Shown: positions 1 to 9,146 of the stretch, piece by piece
How positions within the stretch are numbered: the stretch's first letter is position 1
How the letters are laid out: each line of letters starts with the position of its first letter
Assembly: GCA_947479535.1 (NCBI GenBank)
Contig: CANJZQ010000004.1
Coordinates: 14,179 to 78,178 of the forward strand
From: Oligoflexales bacterium
Lineage (GTDB): Bacteria; Bdellovibrionota_B; Oligoflexia; Oligoflexales; RGVZ01
Reading direction: 5' to 3'
Length of the DNA stretch: 64,000 nt
Notes under the pieces: model-generated
Told to the model about the DNA's origin: nothing
Database searches by the model: none
The model's input: only the letters and a program-made list of their open reading frames with translations
Translations under genes and position numbers: made by a program

Positions 1-1
1 G

Positions 2-1309
2 TGGAGCGACTGGATCAATCCAGCCAACATGTGCGGGCAGCCAGATGCATTGACCTTTGAACCGTGCGCCTTTGAAGATCCTCTCTACATTTTGTTCTCA
101 TCGGGAACCACTGGTGTTCCAAAATGCATTGTGCACAGTGTTGGCGGAACCCTTCTGCAGCACAAAAAGGAAATCCTGCTGCATAGCAACATCGGTCGTC
201 CGGGCGTGGCTGATTTTGATCCCGCATCGCGGCTGCTGTTTTTTACCACTTGCGGCTGGATGATGTGGAACTGGATGGCGTCGGCCCTGGCCTGCGGGGC
301 AGGGCTTGTTCTGTATGACGGTTCACCGGTTGCGCCAGATGCCAATGCACTTTGGCGTATGGTCGAGTCCGAGGGCGTGACGGCGTTCGGAGTCAGTCCG
401 AAGTATATTGCGACCTGCAAGGCAGCCGGTGTGCATCCGCAGAGGGACTTTGGCTTGTCTCGCCTTAAATGGATCCTTTCCACCGGGGCACCTCTGCTGC
501 CGGATCAGTTCGAATGGCTTTATGCTGAAGCCGGCAAAGATCTGCATGTGGCATCCATCTCTGGTGGAACAGATATCATTTCATGTTTCATGCTCGGCAA
601 TCCGATGATCCCCGTGCATGCTGGCGAAATACAAGGGCCAGGGCTTGGAATGGCAATTTCCTGCTGGGATGCTGAAGGCAAACCAGTTCATGAAGGGCGC
701 GGCGAGCTCGTCTGCACGAAGCCTTTTGTCGCCATGCCAGTCGGATTTTGGAATGATCCGTCAGGAGAAAAATACGGCAAGGCATATTTCGACCATTTTC
801 ACGGCGGATCCCTTGGCGCAGCTGAAGTTTGGCGCCACGGTGACTATGTCGAGTTCACCGGTCATGGGGGAATTGTCGTCCATGGCAGGTCCGATGCGAC
901 CTTGAATCCGGCAGGAGTGCGCATTGGCACAGCCGAGATCTACCGCGTGGTGGAACGTCAGGATGGCATTCTCGACTCGGTGGCTGTTGGCATCGACCGG
1001 GGCGATGGCGAGGAGGTTGTTTTGCTCATCAAGCTCGTTCCTGGACGGATTTGGAACAAGGACTTTGAAGACCACTTGCGTCAGTTGATTCGCAAGGAAC
1101 TGAGTCCGCGGCATGTGCCGTCAATGATCCTTCAGGTTGCTGAAATACCATACACGAGAAGTGGTAAAAAAATGGAGCTCGCGGTAGGACAAATGCTGCG
1201 GGGCGAAGTTGTGGCAAATTTGTCTTCCATTGCAAACCCGGAAGCCGTTAACGCGGCGGCGACGGTCCGGTCAACGATTTTTGGAAAGATTTCTGCGAGG
1301 AAACCATGA
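2..1309 (+). CDS. Acetoacetyl-CoA synthetase-like AMP-dependent ligase, 5' end cut by the window edge
   Basis: The frame is open from the window edge, with no stop before the ATG at 29. Contains the AMP-binding signature LFSSGTTGVPK and the C-terminal IPYTRSGKKMELAV motif. Confidence 0.8.
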   Translation, partial: WSDWINPANMCGQPDALTFEPCAFEDPLYILFSSGTTGVPKCIVHSVGGTLLQHKKEILLHSNIGRPGVADFDPASRLLFFTTCGWMMWNWMASALACGAGLVLYDGSPVAPDANALWRMVESEGVTAFGVSPKYIATCKAAGVHPQRDFGLSRLKWILSTGAPLLPDQFEWLYAEAGKDLHVASISGGTDIISCFMLGNPMIPVHAGEIQGPGLGMAISCWDAEGKPVHEGRGELVCTKPFVAMPVGFWNDPSGEKYGKAYFDHFHGGSLGAAEVWRHGDYVEFTGHGGIVVHGRSDATLNPAGVRIGTAEIYRVVERQDGILDSVAVGIDRGDGEEVVLLIKLVPGRIWNKDFEDHLRQLIRKELSPRHVPSMILQVAEIPYTRSGKKMELAVGQMLRGEVVANLSSIANPEAVNAAATVRSTIFGKISARKP

Positions 1310-1563
1310 GCAAGTTGAACGATTCACGGAAAGACGCAGATGAGGAAACAACATATCAGGCCAGCGCTGAAGGTGTGCCGACCAAAGAATTGATGAAGGC
1401 CGCCCGCAAGCGTGATTATGAAAAGGCCAAGGCCGCCCGCAAGGCAGACAAGGTTGCCGAGAAGGCCCGCCAGGCCGACGCCAGGGAATCGGCCCGGACC
1501 GAACGTGACAAGGCACTCTGGTCTGCCCTTAAACGTGGCTCGGATGTGGGCAGCAACGAGTGA
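1306..1563 (+). CDS. Small Lys/Ala/Glu-rich hypothetical protein (85 aa)
   Basis: ATGA start/stop overlap with the upstream ligase gene suggests translational coupling. The composition is low-complexity charged, and I recognise no motif. Confidence 0.4.
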   Translation: MSKLNDSRKDADEETTYQASAEGVPTKELMKAARKRDYEKAKAARKADKVAEKARQADARESARTERDKALWSALKRGSDVGSNE

Positions 1564-1568
1564 ATTAA

Positions 1569-3254
1569 ATGAACCTTCCGGCAAATCAATTTCTGCGGCG
1601 ATACATCATGCAGCACAAATGGCTGTATGCCGGAGGTCTTGTTAGCCTTCTCCTGACCAGTGTGACAGAAGTTTTAACTCCAAAATTTGCCCAATGGACG
1701 ATCGATTCCCTTTCAGTGGACGTCCATCTCAAAGAAAGTTCCGGCGCCTTGCGCGACCGGTTGATCTGGCTGGCCTTGAGTTTTTTCTTGATTGGATTTG
1801 CGGGTTTTGTGGGTCGCCTCGGATGGCGCCAGACCCTGGCCCGGTCCACCCACGAATCGGGGCGGATGCTGCGAATCCAGTTTTGGAATCAGATCACCAT
1901 CATGCCGCTGCAATTCTTCCGTGAGGGCAGCCTTGGCGAATTGATGAGCCGCTTCAGTGCCGACATCAATCAAGCGCGGATGCTGTTTGGTTTCACCCTG
2001 GTCCTCTGGCTTGATTGCATCTTTTTTACCGTTTTCGCTTTTGGCTCCATGTTCTGGATCAGCTGGCGTGCGGGACTCGCCTGTTTGGTCGTGATTGTCG
2101 CGGTACCTGCCCTGGTTCGAAGCCTGGCGCGCCTTGAGTACCTCCAGCATGAAAAGGCCCAAGCCACCCTCGCCGCATTCTCGGGGCGCATGGCACAAAA
2201 CCTTTCCGCCAAAAGGATTCAGCGTGCCGGCGGAACCGAACGGTTTTGGAGTGAGGTTCTTGAAACCGGCGCGCAGATGTATGCGCGGGACCGGTTGCGG
2301 GTGCTGAAAACCGGACTCCGGATTTTTCCCGTAACCTCTGGAGCCAGTTTGGTCTGCGTGGCGGCGGTCATGATTGCCGGGTGGTCGGACCTTCACGCTG
2401 GTCGCATGGGAGCCGGTGGCATGTTTGCCCTTTTTGCCTATGCGACCATGTTGCAAACACCGCTTTTTGAACTGGCAGATCTGGTCTCGGAATTACAGCG
2501 GGGACGGGCCAGCCTCGAGCGCGTCTTGCAGGTTACCGTGAACGGGCCTGTGGCCGCGGATTCCAGTGGAGTTGCGAGATTGTCCATCGACCCGGGCGCG
2601 GATCTTGCCCTTCGTGTGACCGCGTTGAACATCCGGTCCAGCGAAAGTCACATCACAGAATTCGCGGGGCAACATTTCGCTGCTGGTCCAATCAATTTCG
2701 AAGTTGCGCGTGGCGAATGGCTCGGCCTTCGTGGACGCATCGGATGCGGGAAATCAATGCTGCTGTCGACCTTGGCGGGAATCCACCAGGATGCTTCCGG
2801 AACGATCGAATCGCAGACGGTAACCTTTCAACCCCAGCGTCCTTTTGTATTCTCTGGAACCATTCGGGAAAACCTTGAACTTGGTTGCGCCACAACAGAT
2901 GAAGATCTGTGGCAAGCCCTTCAAACGGTCGAGCTGGATGACGAAGTGCGCGCCATGCACGGCGGATTGGATGCCTATCTTCAAGAGGGGGGAATCAATC
3001 TCTCTGGTGGCCAACGCCAAAGGCTGACCGTTGCCCGGGCGTTGCTCCGCGAATCACCCGTCATGCTCATGGATGCGCCTTTGTCGGCCCTGGACGAATT
3101 AACAGAGCAGAAAATCCTAAGTAATTTACGTTGGAGACTGATTGGCTGTGCGGTGATCCTGGTTTCGCATCGACCGGGAGTTCTCGAGGCGTGCGATCGC
3201 ATCTATGAAATGGGAATGGAAAATGACGTCCATGCACAACCCCTGCATTCCTGA
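1569..3254 (+). CDS. ABC exporter half-transporter (TMD-NBD) carrying the degenerate-site subunit
   Basis: N-terminal multi-TM exporter domain. Walker A GRIGCGKS and signature LSGGQRQRL are present. Walker B reads VMLMDAP, with Ala where the catalytic Glu is expected. Confidence 0.85.
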   Translation: MNLPANQFLRRYIMQHKWLYAGGLVSLLLTSVTEVLTPKFAQWTIDSLSVDVHLKESSGALRDRLIWLALSFFLIGFAGFVGRLGWRQTLARSTHESGRMLRIQFWNQITIMPLQFFREGSLGELMSRFSADINQARMLFGFTLVLWLDCIFFTVFAFGSMFWISWRAGLACLVVIVAVPALVRSLARLEYLQHEKAQATLAAFSGRMAQNLSAKRIQRAGGTERFWSEVLETGAQMYARDRLRVLKTGLRIFPVTSGASLVCVAAVMIAGWSDLHAGRMGAGGMFALFAYATMLQTPLFELADLVSELQRGRASLERVLQVTVNGPVAADSSGVARLSIDPGADLALRVTALNIRSSESHITEFAGQHFAAGPINFEVARGEWLGLRGRIGCGKSMLLSTLAGIHQDASGTIESQTVTFQPQRPFVFSGTIRENLELGCATTDEDLWQALQTVELDDEVRAMHGGLDAYLQEGGINLSGGQRQRLTVARALLRESPVMLMDAPLSALDELTEQKILSNLRWRLIGCAVILVSHRPGVLEACDRIYEMGMENDVHAQPLHS

Positions 3255-5100
3255 GGCTCCCAAGGGCTCAGAAGCAACAAAGACCCCGGCACTTCAAGGG
3301 CCACCGGGGCTTCGTGCGTTATGGGAACTTGCAGGAAAGTCCAGGGCAGGGATGCTTCAGGCGGCAAGCGTGTTGTTTGTTGCGGCTGTCTTTGCAACGG
3401 CGGCGTCGTGGGTGATGGGAAGTGGAATTGACGCCATGGTTTCCCGCCAATGGGAGGACGCGCTGGTTAATTGTCTGGTCTTCCTGGCGTTTGAAGCTCT
3501 TGCAGTGGCCTTGCAATATCTTGGTCGCCGGCGCCTCGTCGTGGTGACCACCCAGGTGGCTCTGGATGCCCGCCTCGCCTTGATTGGCAAGCAAGCCGCA
3601 TTGCCCATGACTTATTTCGATCAGCAGCCGGTTGGCCGCATCCTGACGCGCCTCACGAACGATGTTGAAGGCATCGAAGGTTTCTTTGGTGGAACCCTGG
3701 CGCGAATGCTGATCGCGGTGATCCAGATGATCACTGTCTTTGGCGGGCTTCTGCTTGTGGACCTGCGCTTTGGTGGGATCACCATATTGACGGCGGTGCC
3801 CGCACTTGTTTTGGTTTTTACTCTCAATGCTCCCGTGCGGCGCTGGTTGCGAATTTTCAAGCGCCAATCGGCCCACGTAAACAGCCTCTTTGCAGAACTG
3901 GTCAGCGGTATCGCAGTGCTGCGGACCTATGGCTTGCATGACTGGGCTCATGGACGACTGTCTTCAGCTGCACGGGATCAATTCAAAGCCGGGATGAAAG
4001 TATTGCACTGGAACAGCATTGTGCGCCCAGCTGCAGTTTTCTTAAGTTCAGTGCCGATGGGTTGGGTGATTTTCGGCGGCGGCAGCCAAGTTGCAGCAGG
4101 CAGCATGACCATTGGTACGCTTGCGATTTTTTTGCGTTTGGCAGAACGCTATGGCACACCGGTGCGCACCATCACTCAAGAAATTCAAGTGATTCAGGAG
4201 GCATTGTCCTCTGGTGAGCGCGTTCATGAGATGCTGTCGGTGCCAGAAGGTCAGGAAGTTGCGACTTTGAATCCTGATCCTGTTGCCGATTCGTCTGGGG
4301 AAAACGTTGGTGGACATCAGGTAAAATTACGCGCAGGCATCAATGGTGCCGTTTCATTTCAAGAAGTTCACCTCAGTTACGGAACCGGAAGACCCGTCCT
4401 GAAAAATATTTCATTTGACGTTCGCCCGGGGGAACGCGTCGGGATCGTGGGACGAACGGGAAGTGGAAAAACATCGCTGGTCAGCTTGATTCCGGGCCTT
4501 TATGAGCCAGAATCGGGAAAGGTCGTGATAGACGGTGTCCCCCTGGCCCAGTGGGACAAGGAATACCTGCGGCGGCAAATCAGTTTTTCGACTCAAGATG
4601 CAATATTGTTCCGGGGCACCTTGCGCGAGAACCTGTTGGGATTTCCTTTTCCTGGCAGTGATTTTGAAGATTGGAAGGGCGTCAATTCAGCCTGTCAGGA
4701 AAGTGGCTTGGCCGATCTGATCCGATTCGACCGATCGGGCCGGTTTTCCCTTGGGCTTGATTCCGTCGTGCTTGCCGACGGCGAAAATTTCAGCTCAGGC
4801 GAAAAACAAATCATCGCCCTGACGCGTGCCCTTGTGACGCGTCCACGGATTTTGATCCTCGATGAGGCGACTGCCAGCGTCGATCGTAAACTCGAAGATC
4901 AGGCTATGGAATCCATTCGACGTTTGCTGGTGGATTGCACCTGTTTCATCATTGCGCACAAATACCAGACATTGGCGGCATGTGATCGCATCCTGGTCAT
5001 TGATGCCGGCCGGATTGTTGCAGATATGCCATCCGGTTCAGAAGCCGAGATTCGCCAGCGCTTGCAGGCGATTCGGGAACCGGCTTCTGAGCTCATTTAG
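3205..5100 (+). CDS. ABC exporter half-transporter (TMD-NBD), partner of the upstream gene
   Basis: Walker A GRTGSGKTS and Walker B ILILDEATASVD are present, with a non-canonical signature FSSGEKQ. The start is uncertain: 3205 overlaps the upstream gene by 50 nt, and an internal ATG lies at 3352. Confidence 0.85.
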   Translation: MKWEWKMTSMHNPCIPEAPKGSEATKTPALQGPPGLRALWELAGKSRAGMLQAASVLFVAAVFATAASWVMGSGIDAMVSRQWEDALVNCLVFLAFEALAVALQYLGRRRLVVVTTQVALDARLALIGKQAALPMTYFDQQPVGRILTRLTNDVEGIEGFFGGTLARMLIAVIQMITVFGGLLLVDLRFGGITILTAVPALVLVFTLNAPVRRWLRIFKRQSAHVNSLFAELVSGIAVLRTYGLHDWAHGRLSSAARDQFKAGMKVLHWNSIVRPAAVFLSSVPMGWVIFGGGSQVAAGSMTIGTLAIFLRLAERYGTPVRTITQEIQVIQEALSSGERVHEMLSVPEGQEVATLNPDPVADSSGENVGGHQVKLRAGINGAVSFQEVHLSYGTGRPVLKNISFDVRPGERVGIVGRTGSGKTSLVSLIPGLYEPESGKVVIDGVPLAQWDKEYLRRQISFSTQDAILFRGTLRENLLGFPFPGSDFEDWKGVNSACQESGLADLIRFDRSGRFSLGLDSVVLADGENFSSGEKQIIALTRALVTRPRILILDEATASVDRKLEDQAMESIRRLLVDCTCFIIAHKYQTLAACDRILVIDAGRIVADMPSGSEAEIRQRLQAIREPASELI

Positions 5101-5541
5101 CAAGGTTTTTTGACTGACGGGATGCGTCCAATCGGGCGCAACGTCTGTTGTCGGGGTGAGGACAAAATCCCGTTCCAACATCCTCGGGTGCGGAATGGTT
5201 AGATCTTTTGAATTCAGTTGAATGGGCTGGCCATCAGATTCTTTTGCCAGGATGATATCCAGATCGATGCTGCGGTTGCCCCAGTGGACTTCGCGGGTCC
5301 GGCCAAGAGAAACCTCAATATCCAAAAGTTTTTTCAGCAGGGATTCAGGATTCAAGTTGGATTCAAGGGAGAAGGCTGCGTTCAGAAACTCCTGGTCCGC
5401 CGCGCCCACCGGTTCTGTGGCGTACAAGTGTGAGCGGTCCAAAATTTTTCCGCATTGTGCCTGAACAAGATGGGCGGCCTGCCGGATGAAGTCCAGCCGG
5501 TCGCCCATGTTCGATCCAATGGCAATCAAATACGTTTTCAC
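5038..5541 (-). CDS. folK: 2-amino-4-hydroxy-6-hydroxymethyldihydropteridine pyrophosphokinase (HPPK)
   Basis: Motifs IAIGSNMGDR, YATEPVG, WGNRSIDLDIIL and TIPHPRMLERDFVL. The GTG start overlaps the upstream stop (GTGA). Confidence 0.85.
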   Translation of the reverse strand: MKTYLIAIGSNMGDRLDFIRQAAHLVQAQCGKILDRSHLYATEPVGAADQEFLNAAFSLESNLNPESLLKKLLDIEVSLGRTREVHWGNRSIDLDIILAKESDGQPIQLNSKDLTIPHPRMLERDFVLTPTTDVAPDWTHPVSQKTLLNELRSRFPNRLQALANLGF

Positions 5542-6911
5542 GGGAGGTATGTTTTTACCTGAAGTTCAATTTCCAAAAGTTTGCCCGAATCAACTTGAGC
5601 CGTATCACTGACCTTAACTTTCCAGTCCCCGCTTGCTTGGCGCAGACGCAGCTGGCGAAGGGCTTTGACAGGAACTCCGTCCAACCCGAAGGTCCGCTCT
5701 GCGATGACCGGTGGGCGATTTGCCGCAGCGTTTGCGGGCTTTGGGTTATCCTTGTAGACGCCAAAGGATCCGAGATCAATCACAGTGCCATCCGGGTGGC
5801 GCAGGCTGACGCGGATATCGGCTGGAAAACTGTGTTGAACCTTTACGCGGACACCGACGGCAGCGATCTCTGCAGATTTGGTGAAATTTAGCGTCTGGGT
5901 GACTCCGGTTGAATCGTTATCTGGAATCGGGGTGTCGAGGTCGCCAGTCGTCAAGGTATCCACCTCGGTCTGCCGGTCGTCGACTTCAAGATACTCTGCA
6001 AAAACCGGCGACCTTGTGACATCTTCGCCACGGCAGGAGTCTTGCGCGCAAACGTTGCTCTTGGAGCACCCGTCGACAAACTGAAAATCCTGATCGCCGC
6101 GGACAAGTATGCCTTCAACTTCTTCTGTTTCTTCATTGAAGACGGCAGATCCTGAATTACCACCAAAGGTGTCAAGGTTCGCCACGAAGAAGGGTTTCGA
6201 TGCGTCTGATCTCCGCACAGTGGAGTCGCCCGCAACTTTTGTGGGCAGGCCACTTGGATGCCCAATCACAACAAGCTTCGTACCTTCATCGACGACGCCA
6301 TCTTTCTTATATTTCAGCGGAGCCCGGTCCGTGACGGGACGGTCGAGTTTCACGATGGCGAAGTCAGATCTGGTGTCGTTGTCGAGTTCTTGGGCCACGA
6401 TCGACTGGCACCGGAAAACGTTGCTGGATGGAACGGATGACAGGTCGGTCGCCGAGTCGATGTAGCCGTAGTCAAACACAAAGGACGTGGTGTCACAGCG
6501 GGTTTGAGAATCCATGCAGTGGCCGGCAGTGACCAGGATGTCTGGACCGACAAGAAAGCCCGAGCAAAATCCAGCCGAAGGCTGTTCCCGGAAAGGCTCG
6601 CTGGGGCAGAGCTCCATGGCATCGCCAAAGGTTTCAGATTGGACATGGAGGTAGCCGGCGCGGGAACTGTTTGGCGTCAGATCCGATGATTTCATCAGGA
6701 CTGCGGTAGACCGGGCGAGCCTGCGCAAGTTGTCTGGAAGTTTGGCGTCAAAGAGATCCAGGCGGTTGTCTTCGCCGTAGATGACTTCCGGGCGGGGAGT
6801 GCCGCCCAGTGCTCCTGTTGTCATGCCCATCCCAGAACACGCGAACAACATCGTGGCGGCAAGTCTAACGGTACGATTTGTCCGCTCCGCAAACAGCATC
6901 CTTGCTGGCAT
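5538..6911 (-). CDS. Secreted S1B (V8/Glu-endopeptidase-like) serine protease with a C-terminal proprotein-convertase P-domain
   Basis: N-terminal signal sequence. Catalytic motifs are LVTAGHC, DFAIVKL and GGNSGSAVF. The C-terminal ~110 aa has a P-domain pattern (VQHSFPADIRVSLRHPDGTVIDL ... GDWKVKVSDTAQVDSGKLLEIELQV). Confidence 0.75.
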   Translation of the reverse strand: MPARMLFAERTNRTVRLAATMLFACSGMGMTTGALGGTPRPEVIYGEDNRLDLFDAKLPDNLRRLARSTAVLMKSSDLTPNSSRAGYLHVQSETFGDAMELCPSEPFREQPSAGFCSGFLVGPDILVTAGHCMDSQTRCDTTSFVFDYGYIDSATDLSSVPSSNVFRCQSIVAQELDNDTRSDFAIVKLDRPVTDRAPLKYKKDGVVDEGTKLVVIGHPSGLPTKVAGDSTVRRSDASKPFFVANLDTFGGNSGSAVFNEETEEVEGILVRGDQDFQFVDGCSKSNVCAQDSCRGEDVTRSPVFAEYLEVDDRQTEVDTLTTGDLDTPIPDNDSTGVTQTLNFTKSAEIAAVGVRVKVQHSFPADIRVSLRHPDGTVIDLGSFGVYKDNPKPANAAANRPPVIAERTFGLDGVPVKALRQLRLRQASGDWKVKVSDTAQVDSGKLLEIELQVKTYLP

Positions 6912-7010
6912 TGGAAACCCCTGATTTTACAATTTGTTTCTGACGTTTTTTAAAGAGTAGCCAAGGTTGGCCAGTGAGTCAAATTTCCTGGAGAAAAAAA
7001 ATCGAATGGT

Positions 7011-7934
7011 TCAAAGCGGCGAAGGCCGGGCGTTCAAGATGACGCGGGCTAAATCGTCTGGCGCGAGTTGTTTCCACATCAAGTGGGCGCGCACTGCCGC
7101 ATTGCGATTGGATTCCATGGCAAAGTTGCGAAACTCTTTGGGCGTGCCATCGCTGAAGAATGCCGATGAAGGATCGCGATCGACGCCAAAGCCGGGGAGT
7201 TCTCGGATGAGTTCAGGTTTACTTCCAAGGGTAAGAAATGCCAGCACATCAGCGAATGGCTCATCGTCGCTGGCATTCCGAAAAACAGGGATTTGTTTCA
7301 TCGTCCGAAAACTGTCGATCGCATGATGGGCCATTTCGTGGGCGTGAATAAATGGTGCCGTCCACAGGTGAATTTTTCCTGGCTGATTGTTTGACGATGG
7401 AAAAAGTGTGATTCGGGATTTCGCGGGGTCGTAGGACGCATTGTCCGTTACAAATCGCGTCTGACCGGAGCGTGAGTCCTCATAGATTGGAAAGAGATCG
7501 ATGATCACTTCCGGCAGAGTTTCTCCAGTCAGGGTCTGGTAGGCCATCGAAAGGGCAGCATGCGTGGCGGCGACGCTGTTGATCGTCGTCTGGATCGTCG
7601 TCTGGGGTGGCGGGCTTGAAGTTTGACCCGTTTTATTTTCCCTGCTGGACGCCTTACAAATGTTGACCCTTTGAGGCGGTGCTTTGATGGTCCACAAGTT
7701 CACGTGAGGAGTGGCGACGAAGTGGCCTCCAGAGCGAACCTCATGGATTCCTTGTGGCAAGTGTTCAAGGCAAGGTTCTGCTCCGGGAGGGCGATGCCAT
7801 GTGATGCTTCTGGCTTGGGGCGGACTTGCCTCGGTCAGGTCAGGTCGCAGGGGAGTCGTTGTCCCACTTTCCAGGGGCCCGCATCCTGAGGCACAGATGA
7901 AAAGCGTTAAAATATAGCGCAGCCACCGGTGCAA
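7011..7934 (-). CDS. Putative lipoprotein with an HExxH zinc-protease motif
   Basis: Signal peptide with Cys (LFICASGC) and the motif FIHAHEMAHHA. The gene starts 3 nt after the rodA stop on the same strand. Confidence 0.5.
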   Translation of the reverse strand: MHRWLRYILTLFICASGCGPLESGTTTPLRPDLTEASPPQARSITWHRPPGAEPCLEHLPQGIHEVRSGGHFVATPHVNLWTIKAPPQRVNICKASSRENKTGQTSSPPPQTTIQTTINSVAATHAALSMAYQTLTGETLPEVIIDLFPIYEDSRSGQTRFVTDNASYDPAKSRITLFPSSNNQPGKIHLWTAPFIHAHEMAHHAIDSFRTMKQIPVFRNASDDEPFADVLAFLTLGSKPELIRELPGFGVDRDPSSAFFSDGTPKEFRNFAMESNRNAAVRAHLMWKQLAPDDLARVILNARPSPL

Positions 7935-7937
7935 GGT

Positions 7938-9146
7938 TCACATCCCACGAAATGCAGTTGCTGACTTGACGGCAGCGGATCCAAACGGTTTTACCCTGCG
8001 GAAAAGCCCAAGATTTTCCCGGTCGATTGCGATCAACGCACCCAAGGCGATGCACACGCTCAGATAGGCTGAGCCTCCATAACTGAAGAGCGGCAGGGGA
8101 ATACCGACTACCGGGAACAGTCCCAGAACCATCGAGGCGTTGATCACGAATTCAAGGAATAAAAACGCAGTCAGCCCCACGGCAAGCAAGCTGGTAAACG
8201 AGTCCTTGGCCTGGCGGGCGATCTCCAGGGCAACGTAGTTCATGGCCCCGAAAAGGACGAATGTCACCAGTGCCCCGGCAAATCCGTGTTCTTCCGCAAA
8301 AACCGAGAAAATAAAGTCCGTGTGTCGCTCCGGCAGGAATTGAAGCTGGGTTTGTGTGCCCTGCATGAAACCCTTGCCCATGATTCGTCCGCTGCCGACA
8401 GCAACCAGGGATTGCAAAGAGTGATACCCGCTGCCGCCCGGATCCATCTCTGGATTGAACAGGTTCATGATGCGAAGTTTCTGGTAGTCGTGCAGGAGCC
8501 CAAACCAGGCCACAATGAGCAGAACGAGGCCTGTGCTGGCCACGATAATCAGGCTTTTGCGGTCCACCTGCACAAAGGCGATCTGGCACGCAGCAATCAG
8601 AACACAAATTCCTGCAGTGCCCAGGTCTGGCTGGGGAAAGATGAGGGCAAAGATCAGGCCAATCATTCCAGCCAGGAGCCACAAGTCACTCAGTTTGTAG
8701 GCAGAGCGAAGTTTGTTGGTGTAAAAAAACCGCGCGGTCACCAGCGCTGCGGTCACTTTTGCGAGTTCTGACGGTTGTCCACGGAATCCACCGATTTCAA
8801 TCCAGCGTTGTGATCCGCCAGCGACGTCGCCGAGTATCAAGACAAAGGCCAACAAGGCGCAAACAAAACCAAAGATCCAATAAGCGTACGTGTTCAGGGC
8901 GCGTGGCGGAATCAACCAGCCAAAAGCGAAAAAGAGTGTGATGCCCAGGGTTGCATTGCGAAGTTGTGAGTAGAAGAACGCTTTGCCGTCTGTGGCGCTG
9001 TAGAGGTTGATCAAGCCAAGTATGACAAGCAGAGCAAACGTGGTGCAGAGGATCCGGGAATAATGCTGGTTCGATTCCCGGATGTCGCTGCCCAGGCTGA
9101 GGGCTGTGCCGTCAAAGTCGCTTTTTGTTTTCCGTGACTTCAGCAT
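7938..9146 (-). CDS. rodA: SEDS-family peptidoglycan polymerase RodA
   Basis: Polytopic FtsW/RodA-like sequence ending in PLPLFSYGGSA, located immediately downstream of PBP2. Confidence 0.85.
   Translation of the reverse strand: MLKSRKTKSDFDGTALSLGSDIRESNQHYSRILCTTFALLVILGLINLYSATDGKAFFYSQLRNATLGITLFFAFGWLIPPRALNTYAYWIFGFVCALLAFVLILGDVAGGSQRWIEIGGFRGQPSELAKVTAALVTARFFYTNKLRSAYKLSDLWLLAGMIGLIFALIFPQPDLGTAGICVLIAACQIAFVQVDRKSLIIVASTGLVLLIVAWFGLLHDYQKLRIMNLFNPEMDPGGSGYHSLQSLVAVGSGRIMGKGFMQGTQTQLQFLPERHTDFIFSVFAEEHGFAGALVTFVLFGAMNYVALEIARQAKDSFTSLLAVGLTAFLFLEFVINASMVLGLFPVVGIPLPLFSYGGSAYLSVCIALGALIAIDRENLGLFRRVKPFGSAAVKSATAFRGM

Noticed and set aside
1713-2456. Long antisense ORFs inside strongly supported genes: 1713-2456, 10120-10923, 12531-13055, 34160-34831, 37506-38207, 41600-42289, 43672-44295, 52180-52881 and 61972-62817
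   Set aside because: Each lies opposite a gene with clear family motifs (ABC transporter, PBP2, MreB, GlnN, PEGA protein, nucleotidase, TPR protein, kinase, HemA). Their translations are low-complexity or Arg/Gly/Pro-rich, as expected for shadow ORFs in GC-rich DNA.
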